Source: Methyloceanibacter sp. (GTDB lineage: Bacteria > Pseudomonadota > Alphaproteobacteria > Rhizobiales > Methyloligellaceae). Taken from it: 45,563 nucleotides of DNA. Below are positions 9,634 through 18,717 of this stretch, in pieces (the stretch's first letter is position 1; the number at the start of each line of letters is the position of its first letter). The notes beneath the pieces were generated by a model that was given only the letters and a program-made list of their open reading frames with translations, did not search any database and had not been told where the DNA came from. Position numbers and translations under genes: made by a program. The stretch covers positions 1-45,563 of the forward strand of contig DASQLK010000088.1 of the NCBI GenBank assembly GCA_035630055.1, given 5' to 3'.

Positions 9634-11133
9634 ATGATGCGTCTCAAACCGCATTTGCCGCCGACGGAATACGATTTCCCGCGCGGCGAGGGTCTGTCCT
9701 CGATCCCCGCGACGGGGGACCGCAACAAGCCGCAATCGGCGATCTGGTGGACAAAGGCTCAGGTGCAAAGCGAGAGGCGACTCGCCTTCGAGCCGGGCAT
9801 GATCTTCCTCGGCCGTCTCGATCAAAAAATGATCGGGCTGCGCGACAATCGCCATGTCGTGACGATCGCCGGAAGCCGGGGCGGCAAGTCCGCCTGCCTG
9901 CTGATCCCCAACCTCTTGCTCTATCCAGGCTCCGTTCTCGTTATAGACCCGAAAGGCGAACTCGCGCGGGAAACCGCTGCCCATCGCCGCGAGGCGCTGG
10001 GGCAGGACGTCCATGTGCTCGATCCTTGGCGCGTCAGCGGCATTGATGACGGATTGCTCTCAACCTTCGATCCGATCGCCGAACTGCATGACGATCCGGC
10101 CAATCTCATCGACAATGCCGATCTCATGGCCGAGGCGCTGATCGTCGCCAACGCCAAGGATCCGCACTGGACGGACGCGGCGCGGGCGCTGCTGCGCGCG
10201 CTCATTTTGTATCTCGCGCTCGATCCGGCAGACTCCGGCGGCTCGCTCGCTGATCTGCCGCGGATCATCGCGCGCATCGCGTCAGAGCAAGGTTCTGACG
10301 CCGAAGATGGGCTGCTCCGCCAACTCGCCGCGTGGCGCGACGAGGACGAGCAACGCGATGAAGCGCTCGCCGTCATCCGCAACCAAGCCGAAGTCATTCT
10401 CGGCGCGAATGACAAGGAAATGGCCTCGATCATCTCGACGGCGCGGACGCAGCTTGTCTGTCTCGAAAGCCCGGCGCTGGCTCGCAATCTCGGCCTGTCG
10501 CTGCTCCGCCTGTCCCATCTCAAGGCGGGGCCGACGACGATCTATCTTTGCCTGCCCGCCGCGCGGCTCGCCACGCATGGCAGGTGGCTGCGCCTTATCG
10601 TCTCGCTCGCCATGGCGGCGCTGGAGCGCGCCGAAACGCGCGAGCATAGCGAGCCGGTCCTGTTCATTCTCGAGGAGTTCGCGGCGCTCGGCTACATGCG
10701 CGCGCTCGAACAGGCCGTGGCCTACATGGCGGGCTATGGCGTCAAGCTGTGGGCGGTCCTGCAAGACCTCACGCAGCTGAAGCGCCATTACAAGGAAGGC
10801 TGGGAAACCTTCCTCGGCAATGCCGGGATCATCCAAGCCTTCAGCGTTTGCGACCTCACCACCTGCGAATATCTGTCAAAGCGCCTCGGCGAGACGACGT
10901 TCCAGATTACCAACAAGATCGATGTCGGCTCGGACCAGGCGCGCAGCGGCGATCTGGGCCTGCGGCGCGAGTTCAAGACCGCGCCGCTGCTCACCCCTGA
11001 CGAGATCGCGCGCGCCTTCGCGCGCAAAAGCGACGAGCGCGGCGCCACGCGCGGCGGTGCAACCCTCGTGCTGGTGGCTGGCGCTCATCCCTTCGCCGTC
11101 GACCGCGTGTTTCACAAGGAGTTGGAGTCATGA
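9634..11133 (+). CDS. Type IV coupling protein (VirD4/TraG-like)
   Basis: Walker A AGSRGGKS, LIPNLL, VIDPKGEL, Walker B LFILEEF, LQDLTQLK..Y, LLTPDEI. Confidence 0.9.
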   Translation: MMRLKPHLPPTEYDFPRGEGLSSIPATGDRNKPQSAIWWTKAQVQSERRLAFEPGMIFLGRLDQKMIGLRDNRHVVTIAGSRGGKSACLLIPNLLLYPGSVLVIDPKGELARETAAHRREALGQDVHVLDPWRVSGIDDGLLSTFDPIAELHDDPANLIDNADLMAEALIVANAKDPHWTDAARALLRALILYLALDPADSGGSLADLPRIIARIASEQGSDAEDGLLRQLAAWRDEDEQRDEALAVIRNQAEVILGANDKEMASIISTARTQLVCLESPALARNLGLSLLRLSHLKAGPTTIYLCLPAARLATHGRWLRLIVSLAMAALERAETREHSEPVLFILEEFAALGYMRALEQAVAYMAGYGVKLWAVLQDLTQLKRHYKEGWETFLGNAGIIQAFSVCDLTTCEYLSKRLGETTFQITNKIDVGSDQARSGDLGLRREFKTAPLLTPDEIARAFARKSDERGATRGGATLVLVAGAHPFAVDRVFHKELES

Positions 11134-11861
11134 ACTGGGTGGTCAAAATTCGGCCGGATGGCCTGCCGTCATGGAAGGGCATCGACAGCGTCTATGATTT
11201 GAACTGGCGCAACAGATGGGAGTGGTGGCTGGCCAGCTTCCTCCTGCTGCCGCTCGCTTTCTTCGCCACATACGGCGCTGTGCTGGCCGTGGCCTCGGTC
11301 ATCATGCATGCCCTTCCGAATGGCGCGCTCGATATGTTCGACGATGACAATCTCGCGGTCTTTATTCCCTTCGTCGCGCTCGTCGTCGGGAGTTCCGCCT
11401 ATGCGACGTGGCGGACACGGCGCGCCCTGAAAGAGCGCTGCCCCCGCCCAGGCAAGTTCTATGAGCGGGTGTGGCGCCTGGAAGCGACGCCGGGCAATCT
11501 GTGCTACAACGCGGAAGACTTCACGCCTTATCTCGACCCGCGCGGCGTCAGCCGCCAAGGGCATTTCTGGCTGGTAACGCTCGATCAGATCGCGCGCGTG
11601 GAAAGCGGCCCGACTGTCGAATGGCAGCGCATGCGCGAGTACGAGGGCAGGCCATCCTTCATGGACCAGTTCCAGCCGATCCCGCCAGCCGAATATCAGA
11701 CCTTCCTGTTCCTCAATGACGGCTCGCGCCGCGTGATCCTCACCGCCAATGCCGACCGCGAAAGCTGCGGCACGCTGGCGATGTCGATCCGCGCTTGGTT
11801 AGTGGAACAACGGAACAGGACGGGGGTGCCTGTGGGTACTGCGGCAGGCTTCGGCCTCTAG
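11130..11861 (+). CDS. Hypothetical membrane protein
   Basis: ATGA overlap with T4CP stop; two hydrophobic segments followed by a soluble domain. Confidence 0.7.
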   Translation: MNWVVKIRPDGLPSWKGIDSVYDLNWRNRWEWWLASFLLLPLAFFATYGAVLAVASVIMHALPNGALDMFDDDNLAVFIPFVALVVGSSAYATWRTRRALKERCPRPGKFYERVWRLEATPGNLCYNAEDFTPYLDPRGVSRQGHFWLVTLDQIARVESGPTVEWQRMREYEGRPSFMDQFQPIPPAEYQTFLFLNDGSRRVILTANADRESCGTLAMSIRAWLVEQRNRTGVPVGTAAGFGL

Positions 11862-11919
11862 TCGGAAGGTGCGTACACGCGGTCCGTCCTCAGGTTCCCG
11901 TTCGCCGAAATGGCAATCC

Positions 11920-12288
11920 TTATGCGGCTGCGGGTTTATCGGTACCGCTTGCCGTCGGTGCCGTGGTGGCCTGATGGAAAAGGTAAGCCCCATGTTGCAG
12001 GGCAAAGAAAAAGAATTTGTTCTTTTTCGTCAGAAGATACCGACTGCGATAAGACTCGGTAGCGTCATAGTCCTTCTGAGCCATGTCGAGGGTGCAGCTG
12101 TGTTCTGACTCCGAGCCAAACGGAGGGTTAGCCTTAAAGGGGCACCGGTTGTTTTTGCCATCGGCCAGCGCCAGTTTCACCAGCGCCTTGAGAGCGCGAC
12201 CCTTGTTGCCGTGCCTCACGGTCGCCCGCTGAATGATGACATCCAGAGCTCCCGATACTTTGCAGTGCAGCCGGATCATCCCTAGCAA
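11920..12288 (-). CDS. Possible hypothetical protein
   Basis: TTG start with GGAGGGG upstream; no recognisable motif. Confidence 0.35.
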   Translation of the reverse strand: MLGMIRLHCKVSGALDVIIQRATVRHGNKGRALKALVKLALADGKNNRCPFKANPPFGSESEHSCTLDMAQKDYDATESYRSRYLLTKKNKFFFFALQHGAYLFHQATTAPTASGTDKPAAA

Positions 12289-12652
12289 CGCCCCCTCCGA
12301 AGCATGGCTCTTTATGTCAGGAACGGTAGGGATGAAAGAAAAATATATTCTGGGAAGGACGGGAGGAACGGGAGGACTGGATGAAATAGGATTTACAGTC
12401 CAACCAGTCCTAGTGTTAAGAAATTATGAATAGATATTGAAATTCCTCTTTGCTGAAGCGGGCAAGCATGATAAATCTGGACAAGCAGGAAGTGTGACAA
12501 ATCCAAGATGCCTTTCTTACGCAGAAATAGCAAACTTGTTAAGACTGAATTTTCCAGAATTCTGGGGAACATGGATTGTGCCGTTGCCGAAACTCGCCAT
12601 ATAATTGCACAAGCGGGGGAGCAGTTAGAAGTGTCGACAAGGCGCGAAGAGG

Positions 12653-13045
12653 ATGCACGGCGGACAACATCTGATAGTCGCCATAGAGGGCATCGGCAGG
12701 CTGATAGCGCTCGCGCTCGACTCCGCTAATCCCGTTTACGTTTTTATCGCCGCCGTTTTGGTGCCCGTTGGCGCATATGTGCTGGCGCAGATCGGCGCAG
12801 CGATCATCGGACTGTACGCTCAGCGCTACTGGATCGCGGCCTTTGAGGAACGGGAGCGCCAAGTCGTCGATGCTAACCGAATGCTGAGGGCGACGGTTAG
12901 GAAGCTGCTGCGGGCCAATTCCCTGCTGACGAGCCGGAACGCCATGCTCGTTCAACAAGCCCGGGATGCTAACGCTCGCGCGGAGCATGCCGAGAGCCTG
13001 CTTACTCATCTTCAGCAAACCGACGACCTGGACTTTGTCATCTAA
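12653..13045 (+). CDS. Hypothetical protein (transmembrane segment + coiled coil)
   Basis: Hydrophobic N-half, heptad-like C-half; followed by a hairpin. Start uncertain. Confidence 0.55.
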   Translation: MHGGQHLIVAIEGIGRLIALALDSANPVYVFIAAVLVPVGAYVLAQIGAAIIGLYAQRYWIAAFEERERQVVDANRMLRATVRKLLRANSLLTSRNAMLVQQARDANARAEHAESLLTHLQQTDDLDFVI

Positions 13046-13046
13046 A

Positions 13047-13068
13047 GGGCGCGCTTTGCGGCGCGCCC
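13047..13068. terminator. Hairpin between convergent genes
   Basis: GGGCGCGC-tttgcg-GCGCGCCC. Confidence 0.55.
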
Positions 13069-13078
13069 CGATTGCGGA

Positions 13079-13300
13079 TCAAGCCGCGCGCTCCTGAGTC
13101 TCCTCGCGCGGGGCGCGAAGGACGATGCGCCCGTCGATCGGCACGGTTTCCAGCTGGAGCGACATGCCGTTGCCGTCGTGATGCAGCCAGCTGGCGCCGA
13201 CTCGGTTCCAGAAGGTTTTCTCGCCCTTGGTGAGGACGTGATAGGCGATGAAGTCGGGAAGTTTTGGCGCGTCGGCCGGGGCGTTCTGAGTGCGTGCCAT
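13079..13300 (-). CDS. Small mobile-element protein (WxRxGAxW...LQL..VP.DGRIVLR type; possible ssDNA-binding)
   Basis: 73 aa from ATG 13300, strong AAAGGAG RBS; sequence pattern common in plasmid/IME small proteins. Confidence 0.78.
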   Translation of the reverse strand: MARTQNAPADAPKLPDFIAYHVLTKGEKTFWNRVGASWLHHDGNGMSLQLETVPIDGRIVLRAPREETQERAA

Positions 13301-13322
13301 GATGATCTCCTTTGGTTGGGGT

Positions 13323-13478
13323 TGGCTCGTAACGCCTGCCCAAAAGGCCGAACGGAGAAGGCCGCAGGTCAATGGCGCGAAGCGCGGACCCTACACGGGT
13401 GAGCGCAGCGCACTGGCGCGGGCGGGGCATTGACCTGCGGACGCGTTCGACCAGGCATAAGGCGTAAAGAGCGAGCCA
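13323..13478. promoter_or_regulatory. Long imperfect inverted repeat (Frpo/ssi-like candidate)
   Basis: Nested arms TGGCTCG/CGAGCCA, ACGCCT/AGGCGT, CGAACG/CGTTCG and perfect 13-bp CCGCAGGTCAATG (13362-13374) / CATTGACCTGCGG (13428-13440). Confidence 0.55.
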
Positions 13479-13610
13479 TCCCTTCAATCGAAGTCGTTCA
13501 TGACAGCGTGCATGCGCTCCGGTCGTGCCCTCCCACCGATCAGCCTCACAGCGGCATGGGCGGAAAGATCTGGATCAAGGCGGACTCACGCGCAAACATC
13601 GGCTAGGAAA

Positions 13611-13638
13611 TCGGCGCGCCCCTTGCGGAGCGCGCCGA
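13611..13638 (-). terminator. Probable intrinsic terminator of the lipoprotein gene
   Basis: TCGGCGCGC / GCGCGCCGA 9-bp stem followed by TTT on the minus strand. Confidence 0.5.
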
Positions 13639-13682
13639 CCGTCAGAGTCTCGTTCGCCGAATTGCCGCCAGTTATCGGCCGC

Positions 13683-14318
13683 TCATTCCGAGTGGCTCTC
13701 GGGCTCAAGATTGTCGTTTGACTGCCATGTGTCGAGCCTTCCGCTGAACGCGCATGCGGCGGCGTGATGTTCGCCGCAATTGTCCTCTTCCACCACCAGC
13801 GAGCGACCCTGCCGCGAAAAGGTCAGGCGGCACTGCCCTTCGACGTATTGATTGCGAGCGGTCAAAACCAACCTGCCCGCGAGCATTTGTGCTTGGCCCT
13901 GCAATTCGCCTGTGCACCCGCTCGCGTCCGCCATTTCCACGCGGACGCCATAACGCCCGCGGCCCGACGCCGCGATCGTGGCCGAACCGCCCGCGCCGTC
14001 CATCTGCCCCGTCCAGTACCCGGCAAAATCGCCAGCGACCGGACCGCTGGACGCATTGGCTTTGGACGGCTCGCAAGGAGTGCCGCCCAGGCGCTCCGCA
14101 ACGGCGCGCTCTCGCCCCGACAGGCCGGGATCAAAACAGCCCGGCATGCCTCCCCCTTCGACGTAACTGAAATCCGGCATGCCGCTGCCCTGCTTGTCCT
14201 GCGCATTGGCGGCCGGCTGCGCCTCGGCCTCGCCGGCCAGCACGTTGTTGGTGAGGGCCGCGCTGCCACAGGCGGCGAGCGCGACGGTGGAGAAAAGCTG
14301 GAAGATCGAACTACGCAT
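13683..14318 (-). CDS. Putative lipoprotein
   Basis: Signal peptide with LAAC lipobox; several Cys; beta-rich C-terminal domain. Confidence 0.7.
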   Translation of the reverse strand: MRSSIFQLFSTVALAACGSAALTNNVLAGEAEAQPAANAQDKQGSGMPDFSYVEGGGMPGCFDPGLSGRERAVAERLGGTPCEPSKANASSGPVAGDFAGYWTGQMDGAGGSATIAASGRGRYGVRVEMADASGCTGELQGQAQMLAGRLVLTARNQYVEGQCRLTFSRQGRSLVVEEDNCGEHHAAACAFSGRLDTWQSNDNLEPESHSE

Positions 14319-14349
14319 AACATCGCTCCGGTTCGAGGGGAGCGCAGAG

Positions 14350-14395
14350 AATCACACTCATCGTGTCGGATCAAGTGAAATCACACTGATCGTGT
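14350..14395. promoter_or_regulatory. Tandem operator pair upstream of XRE regulator
   Basis: AATCACACTCATCGTGT (14350-14366) and AATCACACTGATCGTGT (14379-14395), each containing ACAC-N5-GTGT dyad. Confidence 0.65.
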
Positions 14396-14431
14396 ATGGT
14401 GCAATTAGCACGGTGACGCGACCGTCCCGGG

Positions 14432-14656
14432 GTGAAAGCCGATCCCGATCTAATCGCCCTCGGGCGGGAAGTGCGCCGACTGCGCAAAGAGCGCGGTCTG
14501 AGCCAGGAAGCGCTGGCCGATCTCGCCGGCCTGCACACGAATTACGTGGGCGGGATTGAGCGCGGCGAACGCAACGTCGGCGTCAAAGCGCTGCTAGCGT
14601 TGGCACGCGGCTTGGACGTTCGGCCCGCCGTGTTGTTCGTCGGCTATACAAGCTGA
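14432..14656 (+). CDS. XRE-family HTH regulator (C-protein-like)
   Basis: LGREVRRLRKERGLSQEALADLAGLHTNYVGGIERGERNV. Confidence 0.92.
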   Translation: MKADPDLIALGREVRRLRKERGLSQEALADLAGLHTNYVGGIERGERNVGVKALLALARGLDVRPAVLFVGYTS

Positions 14657-15468
14657 ATCTCCACTTGCACCCATTCGCCGCTCCCTACGGCAGTCGGGAT
14701 ATGTAAGGCGATCTCGTCGACTGTGAAAACGGTCAGGGATTTGGAGGGGAATTTCCAAACGTGAAAGCGGTAAGAATCGCTGAATTTCAGAGCGATTGCC
14801 CATTCGCCACGGGTGAGAAACATCCGGGGCGCTTTGTCGGTGGTAGCTTTCACCTCGATGAGCTGGTTTATGGGACCGAACTCAGAAGGAGCAAAAGACA
14901 GGACATCGTATCCAGCCGAGTTGTCTTCGATGGCGATCCACCTAGGCTGTAGCTCCACTCCAAGCTTGGTCAGCCGTTCGCGTTCACGATCGAGGGTGAG
15001 AAGTTCAGCTTCGCGCCCTTTGGCGCTTCGAACGTCGTCTTCAAGCGCTCGGAATTGCGAAGCGAAGCGGTACCACCAATCGACGACGGACGGGTCCGGC
15101 GGGCTGTCCATCAAACCCGCGCTGCGGAAAGTTTGCACCTCGTCGGTGCTTAGGCCGTTGGCGACCAGCTGGCGGCCCGAGGGAAAGAGACGGCACCACC
15201 AAGGCTGTCTCGTTTCGATCAAGTGAGTGAGCGCTGCGCGAATTCCAAGCCTGGCGTCCGTGAAAACGATGTGCGCCGGAAGAATTTCAAATAGCTTCAG
15301 TGCCGTTGCAAAATCGGCAGCCGCATAATCCGAGTCTGAGCGGTGTAATGCTTCTGCTGCCTCCTCAGGTGAAGCCTCAGGATGTTGTAGGAGATAGCGC
15401 TTAATCCCGAGCAGGGGCGTGAATGCGCTCATGCGAAAGAGTCGGATTTCCTCTTGACCCGCACTCAC
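14644..15468 (-). CDS. DUF3883 / NO VEIN C-terminal PD-(D/E)xK nuclease domain protein
   Basis: GREAE...ERERL, AGYDVLSF, LIEVKAT, FLTRGEW; GTGA overlap with SNF2 gene. Confidence 0.85.
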   Translation of the reverse strand: MSAGQEEIRLFRMSAFTPLLGIKRYLLQHPEASPEEAAEALHRSDSDYAAADFATALKLFEILPAHIVFTDARLGIRAALTHLIETRQPWWCRLFPSGRQLVANGLSTDEVQTFRSAGLMDSPPDPSVVDWWYRFASQFRALEDDVRSAKGREAELLTLDRERERLTKLGVELQPRWIAIEDNSAGYDVLSFAPSEFGPINQLIEVKATTDKAPRMFLTRGEWAIALKFSDSYRFHVWKFPSKSLTVFTVDEIALHIPTAVGSGEWVQVEIQLV

Positions 15469-17372
15469 TCCATTTCCTCATCGGGATAGGTGCCGCGCCC
15501 CTCAAGCGCTTCGATAAGATCCTTCACGTCCTCCGGACTGATGTCCCAGGCGATAGGGTCCTCCGAGTTTTCTTCGTCATAGGCGATTTCGTGCAGATCC
15601 GGATCGTCCAGCAAAATCTGCAACGCGCGTAGCTTTTGCCGCAGTCGATGGCTGACAGAATGGTCGATGCACCCCAGCCCCATTGGCGCGAGTGTCCGAT
15701 ATATATGAATGTTAGTCTCGACGCCTTTCGGCAGACCAAGGCGGTGGATGCGATCGATCGATTGCAGATAGTGCGTCGTGACGTAGCTTCGGTCCAAATA
15801 GATCGCGTCGTGGCAAATCTTGTGTAAGCTGATGCCTTCGCCGGCTGCAGCCGGGTTCGCGATCATCACCTTACAGGCCGGATCATTGTGGAATCGCCTG
15901 ATGCGCCCTTCGCGCGTGATAGGGTCGGTCGGCTCTCCCGTGGGGACCGCTCCATACAGGGAGACTGGATTAAGATCGGCTAGGAGAAACTCCATCTGGT
16001 GGATGGTGTCGGTGAAAATCGTCCAAATGACCGACTTGCTGTCTTGCTTGGCGAGTGCCCGGGCGTGGTCCGCAACAGCCCGCATTTTGGTAGATGGACC
16101 TTCGCGAACGACCTCATCCAGAATGGCCGAGTCCAGCATGATGGACTCGTCGGCGATGGCTCGTAAGGCAAGAAGAGGATTGGCCGAAAGCTGCAAGAGC
16201 CGCATGACGGAGCGGCGCGCGGCGGGCGCGTCAAATCGGCCGTCGAGTGAAAGGGAACTCACCTGCCTGAGAAACTCGTTCTTGACGATGCCGTATAGAG
16301 CCATTTGGCCGGGCGCCATCGGAACGTCGAGAAAGTGTCTCCGAGGTTTTGGCAGCCCCAAGTCTTGCTTTGTAGTGCGTACATAGAGTTGGCCGAGCAC
16401 CTGCCGCGGCGGATCACCGCGCGCGATTTGCAAACCAAGCCCAACGCCAGGCCAAAGGAAATCGAGTTGCGACTGAATGTCGGAGGGCGCTTGCGGCATA
16501 GGCGTGCCGGTCAAAATATCGCGCCTGATAGGAAGCGGCGCCATGTTAAGGAGCAGCGCCCCGCGCTGTGACCCGAACCCCGCCTTCATTCTATGGGCTT
16601 CGTCCAATACGAGATGGACTTGGTTCTGAGCGATAAATTGAGTCACAACCTCGGGGCGCTGGATCATCATGTCATAGCTGAGCACCAAACGAGTGCATCC
16701 AGCATCGACGGCTTTCTGCAGTCCTTCGCTCCCGCTGGTCACGATCGTAAATGGTTCAGCGTTCCCGTTCGGAGCATCCAATTCGACGCATTCCTCTACA
16801 ACTTCCCGCCAAGCCGGGAATGAAGCTTTCGGTCCGATGACCAGCAATATCTGGCCGGGCTTGCGCGTAAGGATATGAAGTGCGAGCGTGACGGTTGTCT
16901 TGCCCGCGCCCGGGACTGAGAAATTTGCTCCGTTCTCCAACGACAGCAATCGCTGGAGATCGCGGGTCTGGAACTCCTCAAGCTTGCGCCTTGTGAAGCC
17001 TTCCTGCTTGAGCCGCTCCTCGATCTCTTCTGCTGAAATCGCGAGTTGGAGCGAGCCTTTAGCGGCTTGGACCTTTTTGAATTGGACGACGAAGGCCGCA
17101 AGCCGGCTCTTGGCCTCCTCGTCGCGAGCGGCAAAACGGAAGTTGAGGGCTTTCTGTTGGCTAGCAAATTGGCCGATAATTGTGAGGGCTCCAGCCCAAG
17201 TGAGTTCGAGGGATTGCGGCCCTGAATCATATTCGAGCCCAAGATCCAAAACGGCTTGCTGCATCCTCTCCCAGATGGATGTGGTCGGGTCGCCTTCCTT
17301 GACGAACCTTCCCGTCAAGCGCGAGGGGGTGAAGTGGATGCCGATCGTGACCGGACTCGCGTCCATCGTCAT
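15465..17372 (-). CDS. SNF2-family helicase/ATPase
   Basis: VPGAGKT, LDEAH, LTGTP, NPAAAGEGISL, QSIDRIHRLG. Confidence 0.92.
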   Translation of the reverse strand: MTMDASPVTIGIHFTPSRLTGRFVKEGDPTTSIWERMQQAVLDLGLEYDSGPQSLELTWAGALTIIGQFASQQKALNFRFAARDEEAKSRLAAFVVQFKKVQAAKGSLQLAISAEEIEERLKQEGFTRRKLEEFQTRDLQRLLSLENGANFSVPGAGKTTVTLALHILTRKPGQILLVIGPKASFPAWREVVEECVELDAPNGNAEPFTIVTSGSEGLQKAVDAGCTRLVLSYDMMIQRPEVVTQFIAQNQVHLVLDEAHRMKAGFGSQRGALLLNMAPLPIRRDILTGTPMPQAPSDIQSQLDFLWPGVGLGLQIARGDPPRQVLGQLYVRTTKQDLGLPKPRRHFLDVPMAPGQMALYGIVKNEFLRQVSSLSLDGRFDAPAARRSVMRLLQLSANPLLALRAIADESIMLDSAILDEVVREGPSTKMRAVADHARALAKQDSKSVIWTIFTDTIHQMEFLLADLNPVSLYGAVPTGEPTDPITREGRIRRFHNDPACKVMIANPAAAGEGISLHKICHDAIYLDRSYVTTHYLQSIDRIHRLGLPKGVETNIHIYRTLAPMGLGCIDHSVSHRLRQKLRALQILLDDPDLHEIAYDEENSEDPIAWDISPEDVKDLIEALEGRGTYPDEEME

Positions 17373-18709
17373 TTCTCGGTCGTGGTCGACTGACCGCCTC
17401 CGGCCTTGATCTCCTCAAGTTTGGTCCTGAGTTCCTGAGCCCGGTGCAGAATCTCCTCAAGCTGTTTGAGAATACTGTCGTGCGTTTTGGGGTCCGCGGT
17501 GCTGAAATCGATCTCTGTCAATCGCACATTGGCGTCCTGCGCAGCGCGCAAGGCAGCCTTGCCCTGCGCGCTGGCCTGCCCCGTATCTAGCACGGTCTGA
17601 CAAACGGCGCGCAGTTCGTCGAACACCTCGTCGCGCCGAGACTCATCTTCGAACAATGAAATGACCGGCTCGAATGAATCGCCGGAAGCCTCGTCGCCCA
17701 AATCGATTTCGAGGCCGTCATCCGCGCCGCCTTCGTCGGCACCGACAGTTTCCTCAACCTCGAGCCGGTCCGCTAGCTGAGCCAGGACATGCTCGGCCTT
17801 CTCGCCCAGGACCTTGTTAAACGCGTATATCCTCGTGCCCAAACTGTCGCGGTTATCGAAAAGCATCCACGCCATCCGCAAATTTGCCTCCAGGAGCGGC
17901 CCGCTTTTTCCTTTCAAGCGGCCCACCAAATCTGAGAAAAATTGCTCGCCGCCTTTCTCCACTAGCCTGTAATCGCCTGGCGCCTTTCTCCAATCTCGCA
18001 GATAAATCTCGGCGTAATTCAGTGCGCTGATCATCTTCCTAATTTCCGGAACGGACTTACGACGGACCTCCGCGATGTCCTTTTCGGTCTTGCTCTTCTG
18101 AGCAAGCTGGCGGCGGATTTTCAGGGTTTCGTTGATCCAGCTATACGGCAGCTTTGTCTCCGGTCGCTCCTGCAGCCTCGTCTCGATATCATCGATCTGA
18201 TCTTCAGTCAGAGGCGGGAGGACCATGCATTCGACATCCCCGAATGTCGGGAATTCGGACTTGCGATCGCCGTAGAGCATCCTCATCGCCGCAAGGCGTC
18301 GGTTGCCGTCGATAACGACGCCGGCGGGGGTGATCAGGAGGGGTTTGGTCTGCTTAGCGCGCTCCAGTTCCTCCAAAATCGATGCGATGGATCCTGGGTT
18401 CTCTCGGGCAAACTGGACCAGGATCGCGTGCTGAGTTTGCTGGGCTTCCTCGTTGTCCTGTCCTGCCGAAAAATAGTCGGCGTCACGCTTGTTTTCAGCG
18501 ATATGCGCAAGCTGCTCAGTTTGAGTTCGTGCATTCGCCATCCGGTAGACCGGGACGTCGATAGGCAGCTTGATTACGGGCAGCAACGTCCTCTGGCTTT
18601 CGTACACGTCAAATGTGGGCTGCTCCCCGCCGACCGGGTTCTGACACAGCGCTGCGATCATGTCTTTCCGCTCGTGGGCGGGTCTCACGCAAACTTCAAA
18701 CGCACTCAT
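17369..18709 (-). CDS. ParB/Srx N-terminal domain protein
   Basis: QTKPLLITPAGVVIDGNRRLAAM (GxxR motif) followed by HTH-like segment and acidic helical C-terminus. Confidence 0.82.
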   Translation of the reverse strand: MSAFEVCVRPAHERKDMIAALCQNPVGGEQPTFDVYESQRTLLPVIKLPIDVPVYRMANARTQTEQLAHIAENKRDADYFSAGQDNEEAQQTQHAILVQFARENPGSIASILEELERAKQTKPLLITPAGVVIDGNRRLAAMRMLYGDRKSEFPTFGDVECMVLPPLTEDQIDDIETRLQERPETKLPYSWINETLKIRRQLAQKSKTEKDIAEVRRKSVPEIRKMISALNYAEIYLRDWRKAPGDYRLVEKGGEQFFSDLVGRLKGKSGPLLEANLRMAWMLFDNRDSLGTRIYAFNKVLGEKAEHVLAQLADRLEVEETVGADEGGADDGLEIDLGDEASGDSFEPVISLFEDESRRDEVFDELRAVCQTVLDTGQASAQGKAALRAAQDANVRLTEIDFSTADPKTHDSILKQLEEILHRAQELRTKLEEIKAGGGQSTTTEK

Positions 18710-18717
18710 TTTGCCCC

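Noticed and set aside
8682-10046. 454-aa and 409-aa ORFs overlapping relaxase/T4CP
   Set aside because: Alternative frames with low-complexity Arg/Ala content.
17369-18709. Partition system
   Set aside because: No ParA or parS array; gene is embedded in the nuclease operon.
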